In this document: one piece after another, positions 1-12,351 of the stretch
Layout of the letters: each line of letters opens with the position of its first letter
Position numbering within the stretch: position 1 is the first letter of the stretch
Origin: Eledone cirrhosa
Taxonomy: Eukaryota
Reading direction: 5' to 3'
DNA: 64,000 bases
Assembly: GCA_964016885.1 (NCBI GenBank)
Contig: OZ024753.1
Coordinates: 25,544,001-25,608,000 of the forward strand
Translations under genes and position numbers: made by a program
The notes under the pieces: model-generated
Seen by the model: only the letters and a program-made list of their open reading frames with translations
What the model was told of the DNA's origin: nothing
Databases searched by the model: none

Positions 1-828
1 ATAATTACTGACCCCCTTACCCACTTCTGCATCTAGATGTAAATATATGTGGCAGTGCTTATGTGTGCGCCTTTATGTCCATATAGTTATAATAATAATA
101 TATACATATGTGTGTGTGTGTGTGGTGTGTGTGTGTATGTTCGTGGGTATGTGTATGTTTATGTGTATATGCGCGTGTGTGTGTGAATGTATGTATATGT
201 GTGTATATATGAATGTATATATGTTTATATACGTATGTGTATTTTATCTGTAGATTATAAACATACAGAGACATTAGCCCTGAATTTTTGTATTTACATA
301 CATTTTTTCAACATGCGTATGCATGTGAACATATATTTTTATGCATATCTGTGAACGAAGTTACTTACATATATACACACACCTAACTGTATTTTCTTGA
401 TATATTTTTGTGTATTTCATTGGTCAATTTGAACTCTGTTCCCAAACAGACCTGTAATTTTGAATTGTTGTTATTATCAATAAATATATTTCATTATTTC
501 TGAAGACGGCATATGTATGTGTTGGTATGTATATTGTATTTGATAGTTTGTATAATTTTGTACATAGATCTGTTTAATATGCATGCCAATTCTAACACAT
601 ATATGTCCTAGAAACGATCATTAAATAATGAACTTTTTTTGTTTAATATAAGGAACTGTTTCATTGTTTTATTCATTATTTTTTTAATACTTTATCTTGA
701 CTCTGTATTCCGTTTATCTTTCACCGAAGTGATTTTTGAATGCATCTCTTCTTTCCATGATATCCGGATTACATTGAGTTCTTCATACGGATTGGACACT
801 ACCGTAAACTCTTGGTAGATTTATCTAC
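1..828 (+). mobile_element. Penelope-like element 3' UTR/pLTR fragment ending in (TA)n
   Basis: Low-complexity TG/TA-rich UTR followed by a hammerhead motif (490-632) and an abrupt end in a TA array; same layout as 22200-23500. Confidence 0.55.
490..632 (+). ncRNA. Type I hammerhead ribozyme with very long stem II
   Basis: Stem I TTCATTATTT(490-499)/AAATAATGAA(623-632), core CTGAAGA (500-506), stem II base GGCATATGTATGTGTTGG/CTAACACATATATGTCC, then GAAA-CGATCA-TT. Confidence 0.7.
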
Positions 829-949
829 ATATATATATATATATATATATATATGATTATATATATATATATATATATATATGATTATATATATATATAT
901 ATATATATATGATTATATATATATATATATGATTATATATATATATATA

Positions 950-985
<36 letters not shown>

Positions 986-1347
986 TATATATATACTTAT
1001 ATACTTATATATATATACTTATATATATATATATATATACTTATATACTTATATATATATATACTTATATACTTATATATATATATATACTTATATATAT
1101 ATATATATATATATACTTATATATATATATATATATATACTTATATACTTATATATATATATACTTATATACTTATATATATATATATATACTTATATAC
1201 TTATATATATATATATATATATACTTATATACTTATATATATATATATATACTTATATACTTATATATATATATATATACTTATATACTTATATATATAT
1301 ATATATACTTATATACTTATATATATATATATATATATATATATACT

Positions 1348-1957
1348 TGGTCAGGTCACCAGTTGGTGCTACTGGTAACATGTATCCCAGTACAACCTGT
1401 CCCATGGTCGGGTCGTTGGCGACTAAACTGGCAACCCCACCAAGGTTTCTTGGTGAGGAGGGTGACTTTGGACATCCTGCAGGACTAAAAACAAAACCTG
1501 TCAAAGGGCAAAGGAGCTCTTAAGAGTCAATGGCCATCCAAAATCACCGGGAGAGATGACCCCTTAGCCTTTGTCAAGGCAGAATTCTAGGAGAAGGAAA
1601 ACTCTGATATAACACCTGCAACCCTGATGGTATCCAATGATGTTGACTTGTTCTTCTTTTTGGTAAATATCATCTTGGTTAAGAGAGTGGGACTGGCTTT
1701 GTGCAGTGCCTTTGCTCACTATAAAAGCTTCACGGCACAGGCATTGCTTTATATCTGGAGATCTCTCTGCACTTGTCGTCACATGGTACCATGGGCCCAG
1801 CACTATGTGTCAGTAATTGTCACAAGTGTAGTGTTTGTACCAGAGTTTTCAAGTCGCTGGCTGGACTAAAAAGTCACACTCGTTCAGCGCATCGGTAGGG
1901 GTTCTCCTACATGGATATAAAGTAGTGGCCGTACTCGAAAACGAGTTGGCAGCCACC
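1348..1957 (+). mobile_element. Short internally deleted (bipartite) RTE-LINE derivative
   Basis: 1827-1898 translates to [23 protein letters not shown], a C2H2 finger typical of RTE ORF2 C-termini; 5' half resembles an RTE 5' UTR (GGAGAAGGAAAACTCTGAT); no RT between them; TA-flanked. Confidence 0.6.
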
Positions 1958-2209
1958 ATATATATACTTATATACTTATATATATATATATATACTTATA
2001 TACTTATATATATATATATATACTTATATATATATACTTATATACTTATATATATATACTTATATACTTATATATATATATATACTTATATACTTATATA
2101 TATATATATATATATATATACTTATATACTTATATATATATACTTATATACTTATATATATATATATATATATATATACTTATATGCTTATATATATATA
2201 TATATATAT

Positions 2210-2390
2210 TGGTAAACGGAAAAGAAAATGCTGACAAATTGTTAACTGTGAAAAATAGTTTAATTAGGAATAAGTGAGAATTAGTAATAGTATTGGTTAG
2301 TATTCAGTTTTGGTTTTAAGTTTTACCGGTTGCGCATTTCTAATGCTTTTCAAAAATAATTTTGAGATAGAGCGTCCGTGATGTTTGCTC
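2210..2390 (-). mobile_element. Hammerhead-bearing PLE-type end fragment (U3-A8 family, degenerate)
   Basis: Minus strand reads TTT-TTGAAAA-GCA-TTAGAAA-TGC-GCAA-CCGG-TA-AAA; similar to 44281-44333. Confidence 0.55.
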
Positions 2391-2761
2391 TATATACTTA
2401 TATACTTATATATATATATTTATATATATATACTTATATATATATATATACTTATATATATATATATACTTATATATATATATACTTATATATATATATA
2501 TATATACTTATATATATATATATACTTATATATATATATTTACTTATATATATATATATATACTTATATATATATATATACTTATATATATATATTTACT
2601 TATATATATATATTTACTTATATATATATATATACTTATATATATATATTTACTTATATATATATATATACTTATATATATATATACTTATATATATATA
2701 TATACTTATATATATATATACTTATATATATATATATACTTATATATATATATATATATAT

Positions 2762-3200
2762 CGTTATATTTTGGGAGGGTCATGTTGCCAATAAGAAACA
2801 CATGCACCAGTTGCTTCAATTTATTATAATAAATTCATAAATTTAGGAATTTATAAATTTCCGGTTGGTTGGTTGGTTCCACAACCAGATGGTTGTTTAT
2901 ATATTGTCAAAGTTCTTTCGTCACACATTCTGTGACCTCTTCAGTGACTTGGGATTCTTTACTTTGTTCTGTTTTACGCCATCTTGTTTCTCTGAGAAAC
3001 AAGATGGCGTAGGAGAGAACCAACCAACCGGAAATTTATAAATTCCTAAATTTATAAATTTATTATAATAAATTGAAGTGAAAGCACCTGGTGCATGTGT
3101 TTCTTATTGGCAACATGACCCTCCCAAAGTATAACAATATCGGTTTCAACACACGTTTTCAGATAAAGAATCTTGCTAAACAAATTCAGAAACGAAATAT
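2762..3200. mobile_element. Fold-back Penelope-like pLTR remnant
   Basis: Inverted arms centred at 2993 (TACGCCATCTTGTTTCTC-T-GAGAAACAAGATGGCGTA); matches the 3' UTR of the PLE at 9890-10117; hammerhead motif at 2906-2948 on the minus strand. Confidence 0.85.
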
Positions 3201-3398
3201 AGATATATATATATATATATACTTATATATATATATACTTATATATATATATATATACTTATATATATATATATATACTTATATATATATATATATATAC
3301 TTATATATATATATATATACTTATATATATATACTTATATATATATACTTATATATACTTATATATATATATATATATACTTATATATATACTTATAT

Positions 3399-3783
3399 AT
3401 GCAAATTGGGCTACTCAGCCGTTAATATGCATAAGGTAAGTATATACGTTCAACAATCTGGCAGGAAGGTATACGTTGCTGACGATAGCTAATAAGCTTG
3501 AAACTAGTACAGCGTTCCTTTGTCAGTGTTGAACAAACGAGCAATGATGGTTGCTATACACTACGGCTTAATACGGGATGTTTGTTTACAAACACACCGA
3601 GCATTATAATAAATGTTCGGTGAATCCATACGTACATATATATATGTGTGCATGTATGTATATATATATATACATACTACTGTACGTCTGTATACATATA
3701 TGTATATACGTGTACATACTTATATTTAAGTAACAGCCGTACTAAAAGTGGGAAATGAAATTTTGTTTCATTTTTTCCGTTTA
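3399..3783 (+). mobile_element. Retrozyme-like non-coding element family A (near-monomer copy)
   Basis: Homologous to 44615-45527 and 59172-59695; contains a hammerhead; TA-flanked; no credible ORF. Confidence 0.75.
3473..3515 (+). ncRNA. Minimal type I hammerhead ribozyme
   Basis: ACGTTG-CTGACGA-T-AGCT-AATA-AGCT-T-GAAA-CTAG-TA-CAGCGT: intact core, palindromic stem III, GUA cleavage triplet, 6-bp stem I. Confidence 0.88.
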
Positions 3784-3805
3784 TATATATATATACTTAT
3801 ATATA

Positions 3806-3861
<56 letters not shown>

Positions 3862-4075
3862 TATATATGTGGTCTTTATTTGCTTAACTACTGAATATAT
3901 ATATCTATATATATATATATATTTATGGTAAACATTGATGCAATTCAATTCAAGCACTCAACGTACTTTTTCCACATAGGAAAAACGGAGTATAATAATT
4001 AAATGTGAAGTAGTTTCAGATGTTAAAGATGAGGAACATGTCCCGCATGTGCAACCCCAAGGAACTAGAGAGACA

Positions 4076-4465
4076 TGTAGCGACCCCTTACGGCTGGAAC
4101 TCAGAACGTATAGGAGTTGCGTCCCTTTGTGACGGTCGCGACTCCCAGTGGCATATCCATGTACTAAATGGAGTTGCGTCCGGACTATATATTTGAGAAC
4201 ATCAAGGCATTAACTCTCATTTCCTGCGCCGGCAGCCGAAAGAACCACTTGAACCTTACCAAGAGAAGATTTCTGCTTTTTCTCTCTCTTTCTCTACACA
4301 CTCCAGTCTGGGAGTTGAGCCCAACTCACCATCAACATGTGGTAAAAATTATTTCTATTAATTTATTTGGCTTCTGTGAAGTAAAACCATGTCACAACAC
4401 TCATTTGTTGTCATTCTTAATAATATATATACACTGATACTAACATTCTAAATTGGTGACACCGA
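4076..4465 (+). mobile_element. Candidate LTR and tRNA primer-binding site upstream of Gypsy gag
   Basis: TGTAGCGAC (4076) ... GTCACAACA (4399) imperfect terminal inverted ends; TGGTGACACCGA at 4454-4465 resembles a tRNA-Trp PBS; no second LTR to confirm. Confidence 0.4.
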
Positions 4466-5024
4466 AAAAAAAAAATGGGAAACGGTATTATGTGTATATA
4501 AAAAAAAAAAGGAAAGAAAAAAACATTTAATACAGAACAACACGCTTCATTCTGATCTGGCTGTATTTTACTGATTTCAGCATCTTTATCTGTAACATTT
4601 AACAATCAAACTCCTCATATGTGCAAAGTGAACATTCCATTTATTTACACACAAACACACACACACAAAAAAAAAAAGATGATATTGCTGCTAGCTTCCT
4701 AGCAAAACAACAATTGTATGAATGTTTTTTCTTTTCTCTGGCTAAAATTTTTGAGGATGACAAGATGGCGGCTTTCTTCTCCATCAATAGTGTTTTTGGC
4801 GTACAATCGTCCGCCATATTGGTTTTAGTTTTAAATTCCATGCCTATACCTTGTTAATGACATCGTTCGGTTAGTCGCTTCTTTACATGTTGTCTCGGAT
4901 GCATTCTTTTTCCTGTCCAGTTGTTTGACAGAGAAAAGCAAGCGATTTTGTTTTCCTTTTCCCTTGTGTTGGAGACATTTTTCCAAACGGAGACGATTTT
5001 TTGCAGATTACCTATGGTACACCA

Positions 5025-5831
5025 ATGGCATCTCATTCTGTTCTACCTACGTATACGGGTGACGTAAGGTTATGGTTTGCCCAACTCGAAGCATTTTTCG
5101 AGGCGAACAGAATTGACGAAGCACAACAACGTCCCCTGGTCCTTAGTGCAATTCTGCCGACACTTATCCCAACGATTAAGGATCTGGTGTTAGAGACACC
5201 CACCGACGCGACGTACAAGTCTCTGAAGGGAGAAATACTCAGCTGGACTGCACAGTCCGCAGAAAAAAGATTTAGGGCTCTGGTCCATCTGGAGCATGTC
5301 GGTGATGGCACCCCATCGAACCTCCTAAGGCGAATGACGGACCTAACGGAGGGGTTGGTAGCGGAATCTGCCATGTTGAAGCAGTTGTTCTTCTCGTGCC
5401 TACCGACCAATGTACAGGCAATTTTGGCCCCCGCTAGGGATACTTGCACAGTGGATCAGCTTGCCGCCTCCGCGGACAAAGTTTTTGAAGTCACGGGTGC
5501 TGGAGGCAGCGAAGCCCTTGCCGCTTTTTCCCAACCAGCTCAGGCCACACCTGGCCATGCCATCTGCGCGGCAGCTCCTACAGACAGCTCAGCCATTATG
5601 GCGATGCAGAAGGCCATTCAGGAACTCACCCTGGAGCTCCAGAAGATGAAGGTCTGGTGTGGTGCCTGTTCGCGCTCGCACAGCCATGGGAAATCTCAAT
5701 CTTTTAGACGCCGCCCCAGGTCACCAGCTTCATCTTTATGCTGGTACCACGAGGGTTTTGCCAAGAGCGCGAACCACTGCGTGCAACCTTGCTCGTTTCA
5801 TAAGGCAGGAAACGCCAAAGAGGTCCGCTGA
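5025..5831 (+). CDS. gag: Gypsy/Ty3 gag-like ORF
   Basis: N-terminal LWFAQLEAFF motif and C-terminal LCWYHxxFxxxAxxCxxPC motif of metazoan Gypsy gags; directly upstream of pol. Confidence 0.85.
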   Translation: MASHSVLPTYTGDVRLWFAQLEAFFEANRIDEAQQRPLVLSAILPTLIPTIKDLVLETPTDATYKSLKGEILSWTAQSAEKRFRALVHLEHVGDGTPSNLLRRMTDLTEGLVAESAMLKQLFFSCLPTNVQAILAPARDTCTVDQLAASADKVFEVTGAGGSEALAAFSQPAQATPGHAICAAAPTDSSAIMAMQKAIQELTLELQKMKVWCGACSRSHSHGKSQSFRRRPRSPASSLCWYHEGFAKSANHCVQPCSFHKAGNAKEVR

Positions 5832-8800
5832 TGGGGTCAGTTGACCTCAACATAAAGCCACCAAACCGCCATTTCTTCATTAAGGACCTTATGTCAGGAA
5901 GAGGTTTCCTCGTGGATACAGGAGCCTCCTGTAGTATTTGGCCGGTCCATTGCCTGAAAGATACCCCCGAAGAGTCATTCGTTATCTGCAGTCCGTTAAT
6001 CACTCAACTATAAAGACGTACGGACAAATCTCGCTTCCTCTCAAATTCCTAAATCTTCGTAGGGATTTTAAGTGGATATTTACGGTTGCCGATTTGCCAT
6101 ATCCCATCTTAGGAGCGGATTTCCTCCACAACTTCTCTTTGACTGTGGACGTCCGTGGCCAACACCTGGAGGATGACATCACCGGATTTTCAATCCGTGG
6201 CCGGAAAGCCAATGCTACAACAGTCAGCCCCATATTCTTCATCGCTGCCGCTGGAGACGCCTACCATTCGTTGTTAGGTTCTTTCCCGGAGCTCACCGAT
6301 GGAAATTTTCGAGTCACTGAGCCAACACACTCAACTGTACATTTCATCTCCACCGCTGGTCCTCCAATGATTTCGCGTCCATGCCGCTTACCGGTGGACA
6401 AATTGAAGGCAGCACGGCCCGAGTTTGACCAAATGCTGCAGCTGGGCATTATTCGCCCATCTACGAGTCCTTGGGCTTCACAGTTACACATGGTGCCCAA
6501 GACTTCATCTCCAGGATTTCACATCGTCATTGCAGGGGTGTAAGATTTTCTCAAAACTAGATTTAGTGCGAGCCTGCCACCAAATCCCGGTCAGGAAGGA
6601 GGATATTCCGAAAACGGTGATTACAACTCCTTTTGGAACCTTCAAATTTTTTACCATGCCTTTCGGACTCAGGAATGCCGCTAGCATTTTTCAGCGGTTC
6701 ATAGACGAAGTCACTCGTGGTTTGGACTTCGTTTATTCATACATAGACGATATTCTCATCGCTAGTTCCTCTCCGGAAGGTCATATGCGCCACATGCATC
6801 TCTTATTTTGGCGACTTCAGAATTATCGCGTTCATGTGAATCCCGCAAAGTGTGTTTTCGGTTCCACTTCGCTAAATTTTTTAGGCCACCTCATCGACGC
6901 CGAAGGTATTAGGCCGCTTCCTCAGTGAGTTCAAGCCATACAGGATTTACCTCCGCCTACTACACTTCACCAGTTGTGTCACTTCTTAGGCCTAATCAAT
7001 TTCTATAGGCGTTTCGTTCATCATTGTGCTAATTTGCTATCCTCCCTTACTGACATTTTGAAAAATCATCGTAAGAAGAATGAGGATATTTCCTTGACAC
7101 AAGGACAGCTTAAAGACTTCCAGACTGCCAAGACAGCACTCGCTAGTTCATCTTTGCTAGCCGACCCGGTACCAGAGGCCAAGCTTTCGATTTGTGTTGA
7201 TGCATCTGATACCGCTGTGGGAGCAGTTTTACAGCAGTTCTACGCTGGAAACCAACAACCTTTGGCATTTTTCTCAAGGAAGCTGAAACCAGCAGAAACG
7301 CGTTACAGCACGTTTGGGCTTGAATTATTAGCCATATATCTGTCGGTGAAACATTTCTCTCATATTCTTGAGGGGAGAAATTTTACTGTTTTAACCAACC
7401 ACAAACCTTCGCTTTGAGGGCTAAAGCCGACAGATATTCGCCCAGAGAGACAAGGCACCTGGATTACATTTGGCAATTTACAAATGATATCCAGCACATT
7501 GCTGGCTCGCTTAACATAGCTGCAGACGCATAGTCACGTTTGCTAATCAGCTCCATCTCGTCATCCCAGAAGTCATTTAGCTGCAGACCAACCTGCACTC
7601 CAATCATTGGATACTCTTTCTGCCGAGTTTGCGACTTGCATCTTCAAATATCTGCCCTTGTCGACCACCGACAGCCAGATTCTATGTGATGTATCTACGG
7701 ATTCACCACAACCTTATGTTCCTGAGACTCACCGTCGAATTGCGTTCCTTGCTTTGCACAGCATTTCTCACCCAGGAATTTCTGCCACAGTAAAGCTTAT
7801 AACGGCTAGATTTTTCTGGCCCAATATGAGGCGAGAAATTACTGTCTGGTGCCGTTCCTGCACACAGTGTCAGAGATCTAAAGTCCACAGACACATCCGG
7901 ACTCCACTTGGTACTTTCAGTACTCCAGATGCTCGGTTTCAACACATCCATATAGATATCATTGGACCTTGGCCATTCAGTAGTGGATATTCTGACCTCT
8001 TGACCTGCATCGATCGTTTTTCGTGATGGCCTGAAGCTATCCCCTTAAAAGACATTACCGCTGAGACTATAGTGCGTGCCCTGCTTTCAGGGTGGATTAC
8101 CTGCTTTGGGGTACCAACTACAGTCACCACAGACCGTAGTAGACAATTTGAGTCTCATCTCTTCTCTGAGCTGACAAAGATCATTGGTGCTCAACGGATT
8201 CAGACCACAGCTTATCATCCTGCTTCGAACGGAATGGTGGAACGATTCTACCGTCAATTAAAGTCCGCTCTTCGCGCCTATCCAGACTCTCAACGTTGGA
8301 GCAAGTACCTTCCTATTGTGTTGTTAGGAATTCGGTCATCAATAAAGGAGGACCTTCGGTTCTCCCCGGCCGAATTACTATATGGTGCTCCTCTAGCGTT
8401 GCCTGGGCAAATGCTTGCTCCTGTTGATCTTGCTTTTCAGGACCCTCTTTCCTACGTATCTCGTTTGCGCTCCTATTTTCAGGACTTACCGCCCATGAAT
8501 ACTAGGAAACAAACTATTAAAGCTGCAGTCCCGAGGGATATTGCATCGTGGACACATGTATTCGTCAGAAACGATGCGGTTATTCCACCCCTCACACAGC
8601 CGTACTCTGGACCCTTCCGTGTGTTAGCACGTACTGACAAACATTTCACAGTAGACATTAAGGGGTCCAGAGAGACAATTTCGGTGGATAGACTAAAAAG
8701 GGCATACAATGATGCTCATACACCCGAGCCACAAATACCCCAATCTTTCTCTCTTGTGCATACACCTGCTCCTTCTGCCCCACCTTCACCTACATACAAG

Positions 8801-8866
8801 ACCACGACCCGTTCTGGTCGAAGAGTCCACTGGCCCAAAAAACTCTGTCAAACTGTTTTTATGTGA
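5831..8866 (+). pseudogene. pol: Gypsy/Ty3 pol (PR-RT-RH-IN), frameshifted, with RT internal deletion
   Basis: LVDTGA protease, MPFGLRNA and YIDD RT motifs, VDAS/ELLAI RNase H, HHCC, IHIDIIGP and SNGMVER integrase, GPF motif; several stops and frameshifts; 3' LTR absent. Confidence 0.95.
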
Positions 8867-8989
8867 ACTGGCCACTGGAGCCTCTTTTGTTTTTCTCTTT
8901 ATTGTATTACTATGTATACATGTACCCTTTTGTTACTATTTCATGCCTGATTTATACATGTACCTTTTCGTTAATATTTCATCCCAGCG

Positions 8990-10117
8990 AGGCACATACA
9001 ACACTTCATCCACCGTATGCAGTTCTCTGGTTACAATCAGAGAGATAAAATCAGAGTATATAGAGGAGCCAGAACTAAATAGGAAAAAATGGTAAATAAT
9101 GATACAAATGGGACCTGCCCCTTGTATAGGAGCATATTTTGGAATAGAATAGAAAGAACTAGGAATAAGGTTAATAAAATAAACTCATGGTATGATAGCG
9201 ATAAATACCAGGGTGTAATGTTCATCAATACAACCCCTAGAGGTGAACTAGCTTACAAATTTAGAAGGGCCCTAGATAAACTTAAACTAAATATTAAGAT
9301 AGTGGAAAGACCAGGTACCTCCATAAAAACACTTATTAGTAATACATACCCTTTTCAAAGACCTCCCTGTATAGATAAGAAATGCATAATCTGTAAACTA
9401 AGCCCCCATATTAACTGTAAAACTAGAAACATAGTATATAGCATAAAATATACTGAGGGACAATGTAAAGATAAGAATATAGTGTACATAGGTGAGACAG
9501 CTCGTAGTATAGGGGAACGGATAAATGAACACTGGCGAGAGCTTCAAGATAGTAAGAATCATCTGTACTCTACCAACATGCTAAAATAGAACATAAGGGT
9601 AAATTAGAGAACATAGAAATAAAAATAAAATCTACACACAGAAAAGATGCAATGTTTAGACAAATCACAGAGGCAATAAACATAAATGAACTCCAACCAA
9701 AATTAAATAGAAAACATGAATGGAATAGCAACAGCACAACTTACAATTAAGGACAAAATGAAAACACACACTCACATAGAACAAACAACTAACTAGTAAC
9801 ACGTAAATAAACAAATAAATAAACAAATAAAAACACACACAGACACCCGGATGTAACACATGCGCAAAGTACGCACACAACGCACACAAAAACAAGATGG
9901 CGTAGGACAGAACAAAGGAGAGGCACAAAACAAAGAAAAGAATCCCCAGTGACTGAAGAGGTCACAGAATGTGTGACGAAAGAACTTTGACAATATATGA
10001 ACAACCATCCGGTTGTGGAACCAACCAACCAACCGGAAATTTATAATAAATTGAAGTGAAAGCAACTGGTGCATGTGTTTCTTATTGGCAACATGACCCT
10101 CCCAAAGTATAACAATA
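8990..10117 (+). mobile_element. 5'-truncated Penelope-like element (thumb + GIY-YIG endonuclease + pLTR)
   Basis: ORF 9089-9589 with CIDKKCIIC linker and NIVYSI...YIGETARS GIY-YIG; hammerhead core at 9953-9991; ends in (TA)n. Confidence 0.9.
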
Positions 10118-10154
10118 TATATATATATATATATAATTATATATTATTATATAT

Positions 10155-10330
10155 CATCATCATCGTTTAACATCTATCTTCTATGCTAGCATGGGTTAGA
10201 CGGGAATTGTCCCACTTGAGGCAAGATTGGTCAGGTGACTGTGTCTCGCTTGTATAGGACTGTATCTGGCAGTTTTCTACGGCTGGATGCCCTTCCTAAC
10301 AACAACCACATTTACAGTATGGACTGGGAG
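10155..10330 (-). mobile_element. RTE/SINE 3' tail fragment
   Basis: (CAT)n end and GCTGGATGCCCTTCCTAAC motif shared with the other RTE tails. Confidence 0.7.
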
Positions 10331-10510
10331 TCTCAAGAAGAATACTTTCATACTGTAAACTATGTTTTTGGTATTGATTAGTAAAACCTATAAAAGTAGC
10401 ATTTGTATGTATGCATGTGAATATATGTATTGACAGTGTGCAACCACTCAGAGGTGTTGGTGTTTTAACTTCAATTCTCTCATTGAGCAATCATGAGCAT
10501 TATATATTAT

Positions 10511-11199
10511 ACTAGCTGAGGTACCCGGCTTTGCCCAGGAGAATAGTTAAGAGAAGACGGATAAAAGAGAAACCAACTGCATTGGATGTGTTGTCTAGTA
10601 TGAGGTGAGACCGTAACGTGTGTGTGAGTGTGTGAATGTGTGTGAGAGAGACATAAAAAAAACAATCATAAAACTTCCTTATTAGGCTGGGGGAGTAAAC
10701 TGCTGATTAAATGGTAGCATTGGCTTTGGATATTAACTGTTGTGAAATAACCATAGTCAGTATGATCTTTTTCAGCTCCAAAAGACCTCATCTGAAACAC
10801 AGCAATATACCACATAACATTGCTTCTGAAGTGTTGCTTCGTTAGTACGGACTGTAAGTAGTATATGGATAAAAGCTGGAGGGTAGATTAGTTTCAAATA
10901 GTGTCAGTTTTTCTTTGTTCTGTAAAATCAAAGACTGTAAAACTACTTTATAAAAGCTAACACAATATTGTTAAACCTTCTTATAGTTCAAAGGATCTAC
11001 AGTGTAAGTTGTTTCTAGACTGTTGTGGGACATCACTCTCTCTCTCTGAATATCTAGTACTTTAATTGCATCTCTCTCTTTCTACCTCTCCCTCTGTGTC
11101 ACTCTCTCTTTTAGATGTGTGTGTGTATGTGTGTAGTTTTCGTGTGATTCAACCAATCAACCAACCAATAAACACCTTTCTTTTATATTATATATAGAT
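10511..11199 (+). mobile_element. Helitron/Helentron-type non-autonomous element (HINE/DINE-like)
   Basis: Starts ACTAGCTGAGGTACCCGGCTTTGCCCAGG; ends with a subterminal microsatellite and TTTTATATTATATATAGAT. Confidence 0.55.
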
Positions 11200-11211
11200 A
11201 TTGATCTCTTT

Positions 11212-11261
<50 letters not shown>

Positions 11262-11344
11262 ATATATATATATATATGTGTATATATATATATATATGTG
11301 TATATATATATATATATGTGTATATATATTTATATATATATATA

Positions 11345-11629
11345 ACCAAAGATTAGTAAGGTTCGTTGATTACTCAACGAATACATTACAATAGATTAGA
11401 AGCGCTCAACTGAAGATTTTCCTGGAGTTTTTAATATTATTGAAAATGTTAATAAATGAAAAATATTCTCATAATCAAAATAAATATTTTATTATACATA
11501 TTTCAAAGGTACTATGGTGTTTAAGTACGTTTTCATCAAAACGTACTTAAACACCATAGTACCTTTGAAATATGTATAATAAAATATATATTTTGATTAT
11601 GAGAATATTTTTCATTTATTAACATTTTC

Positions 11630-11633
<4 letters not shown>
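11345..11633. mobile_element. Fold-back PLE pLTR remnant with hammerhead half
   Basis: ~95-bp near-perfect inverted arms (11440-11533/11538-11631); minus strand reads TGATGA-AAACGTACT..AGTACCTTT-GAAA-TATGTA-TA; unpaired tail 11345-11439. Confidence 0.8.
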
Positions 11634-11700
<67 letters not shown>

Positions 11701-12351
11701 TCAGTCCAAAATCTTTTCCTGAGTCCAACCATTCTCGTTGCTGTGGTAATGCGGCTGGACTGCCGATCACTATATTTGATTTGCTAAGCTGTCTAAACGT
11801 ATTGTTATTACTCTGGAGTACTATTCCCATTTGAGTGTTAAAGCTACATACCGAATTTGCACTCGTTAGCTTGGCCGCAAACTAAGGCTTCGTTAATGCT
11901 GTACTAAAATTTGTATATATATATATATGTGTGTGTGTGTATATCTCTCTCTATATATATAGTGCTGGTGCCATGATAAAATAATCCTGTATTCTCTATA
12001 AAGTGGTTGTCTCTTTGGAAAGGCCTCGAGTTATAGAAACCATTCCAAAAAATGGACCATATTAACAACATGTGATCCTCTGACATATCTACTCTTAAGA
12101 CATTGATGATCCATCAAACCCATTCCAGCATAAAAACATGTAAAATGATGCCCTCCTCCACCAACATTCCAATCTTCTCTTTCTCCAAACTTTGCCTTTT
12201 ACTGATGAAGGACTAACATCTGATACTTTGGAACATTTATTTTGCATTTCCAATAAGTGTGAAACTAATGAGACTTTGTGTTATTGTATCCCTGTCTCTG
12301 TCTTGTTTATCTTGAACTATACATAAATAAATAAATATATATATATATATA

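Larger units (their letters stand above)
829..3925. repeat. Interrupted (TA)n / TATATACTTA microsatellite array hosting four inserted elements
   Basis: The same TACTTATA variant unit occurs in segments 981-1347, 1958-2210, 2390-2761, 3200-3400 and 3783-3810. Confidence 0.95.
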
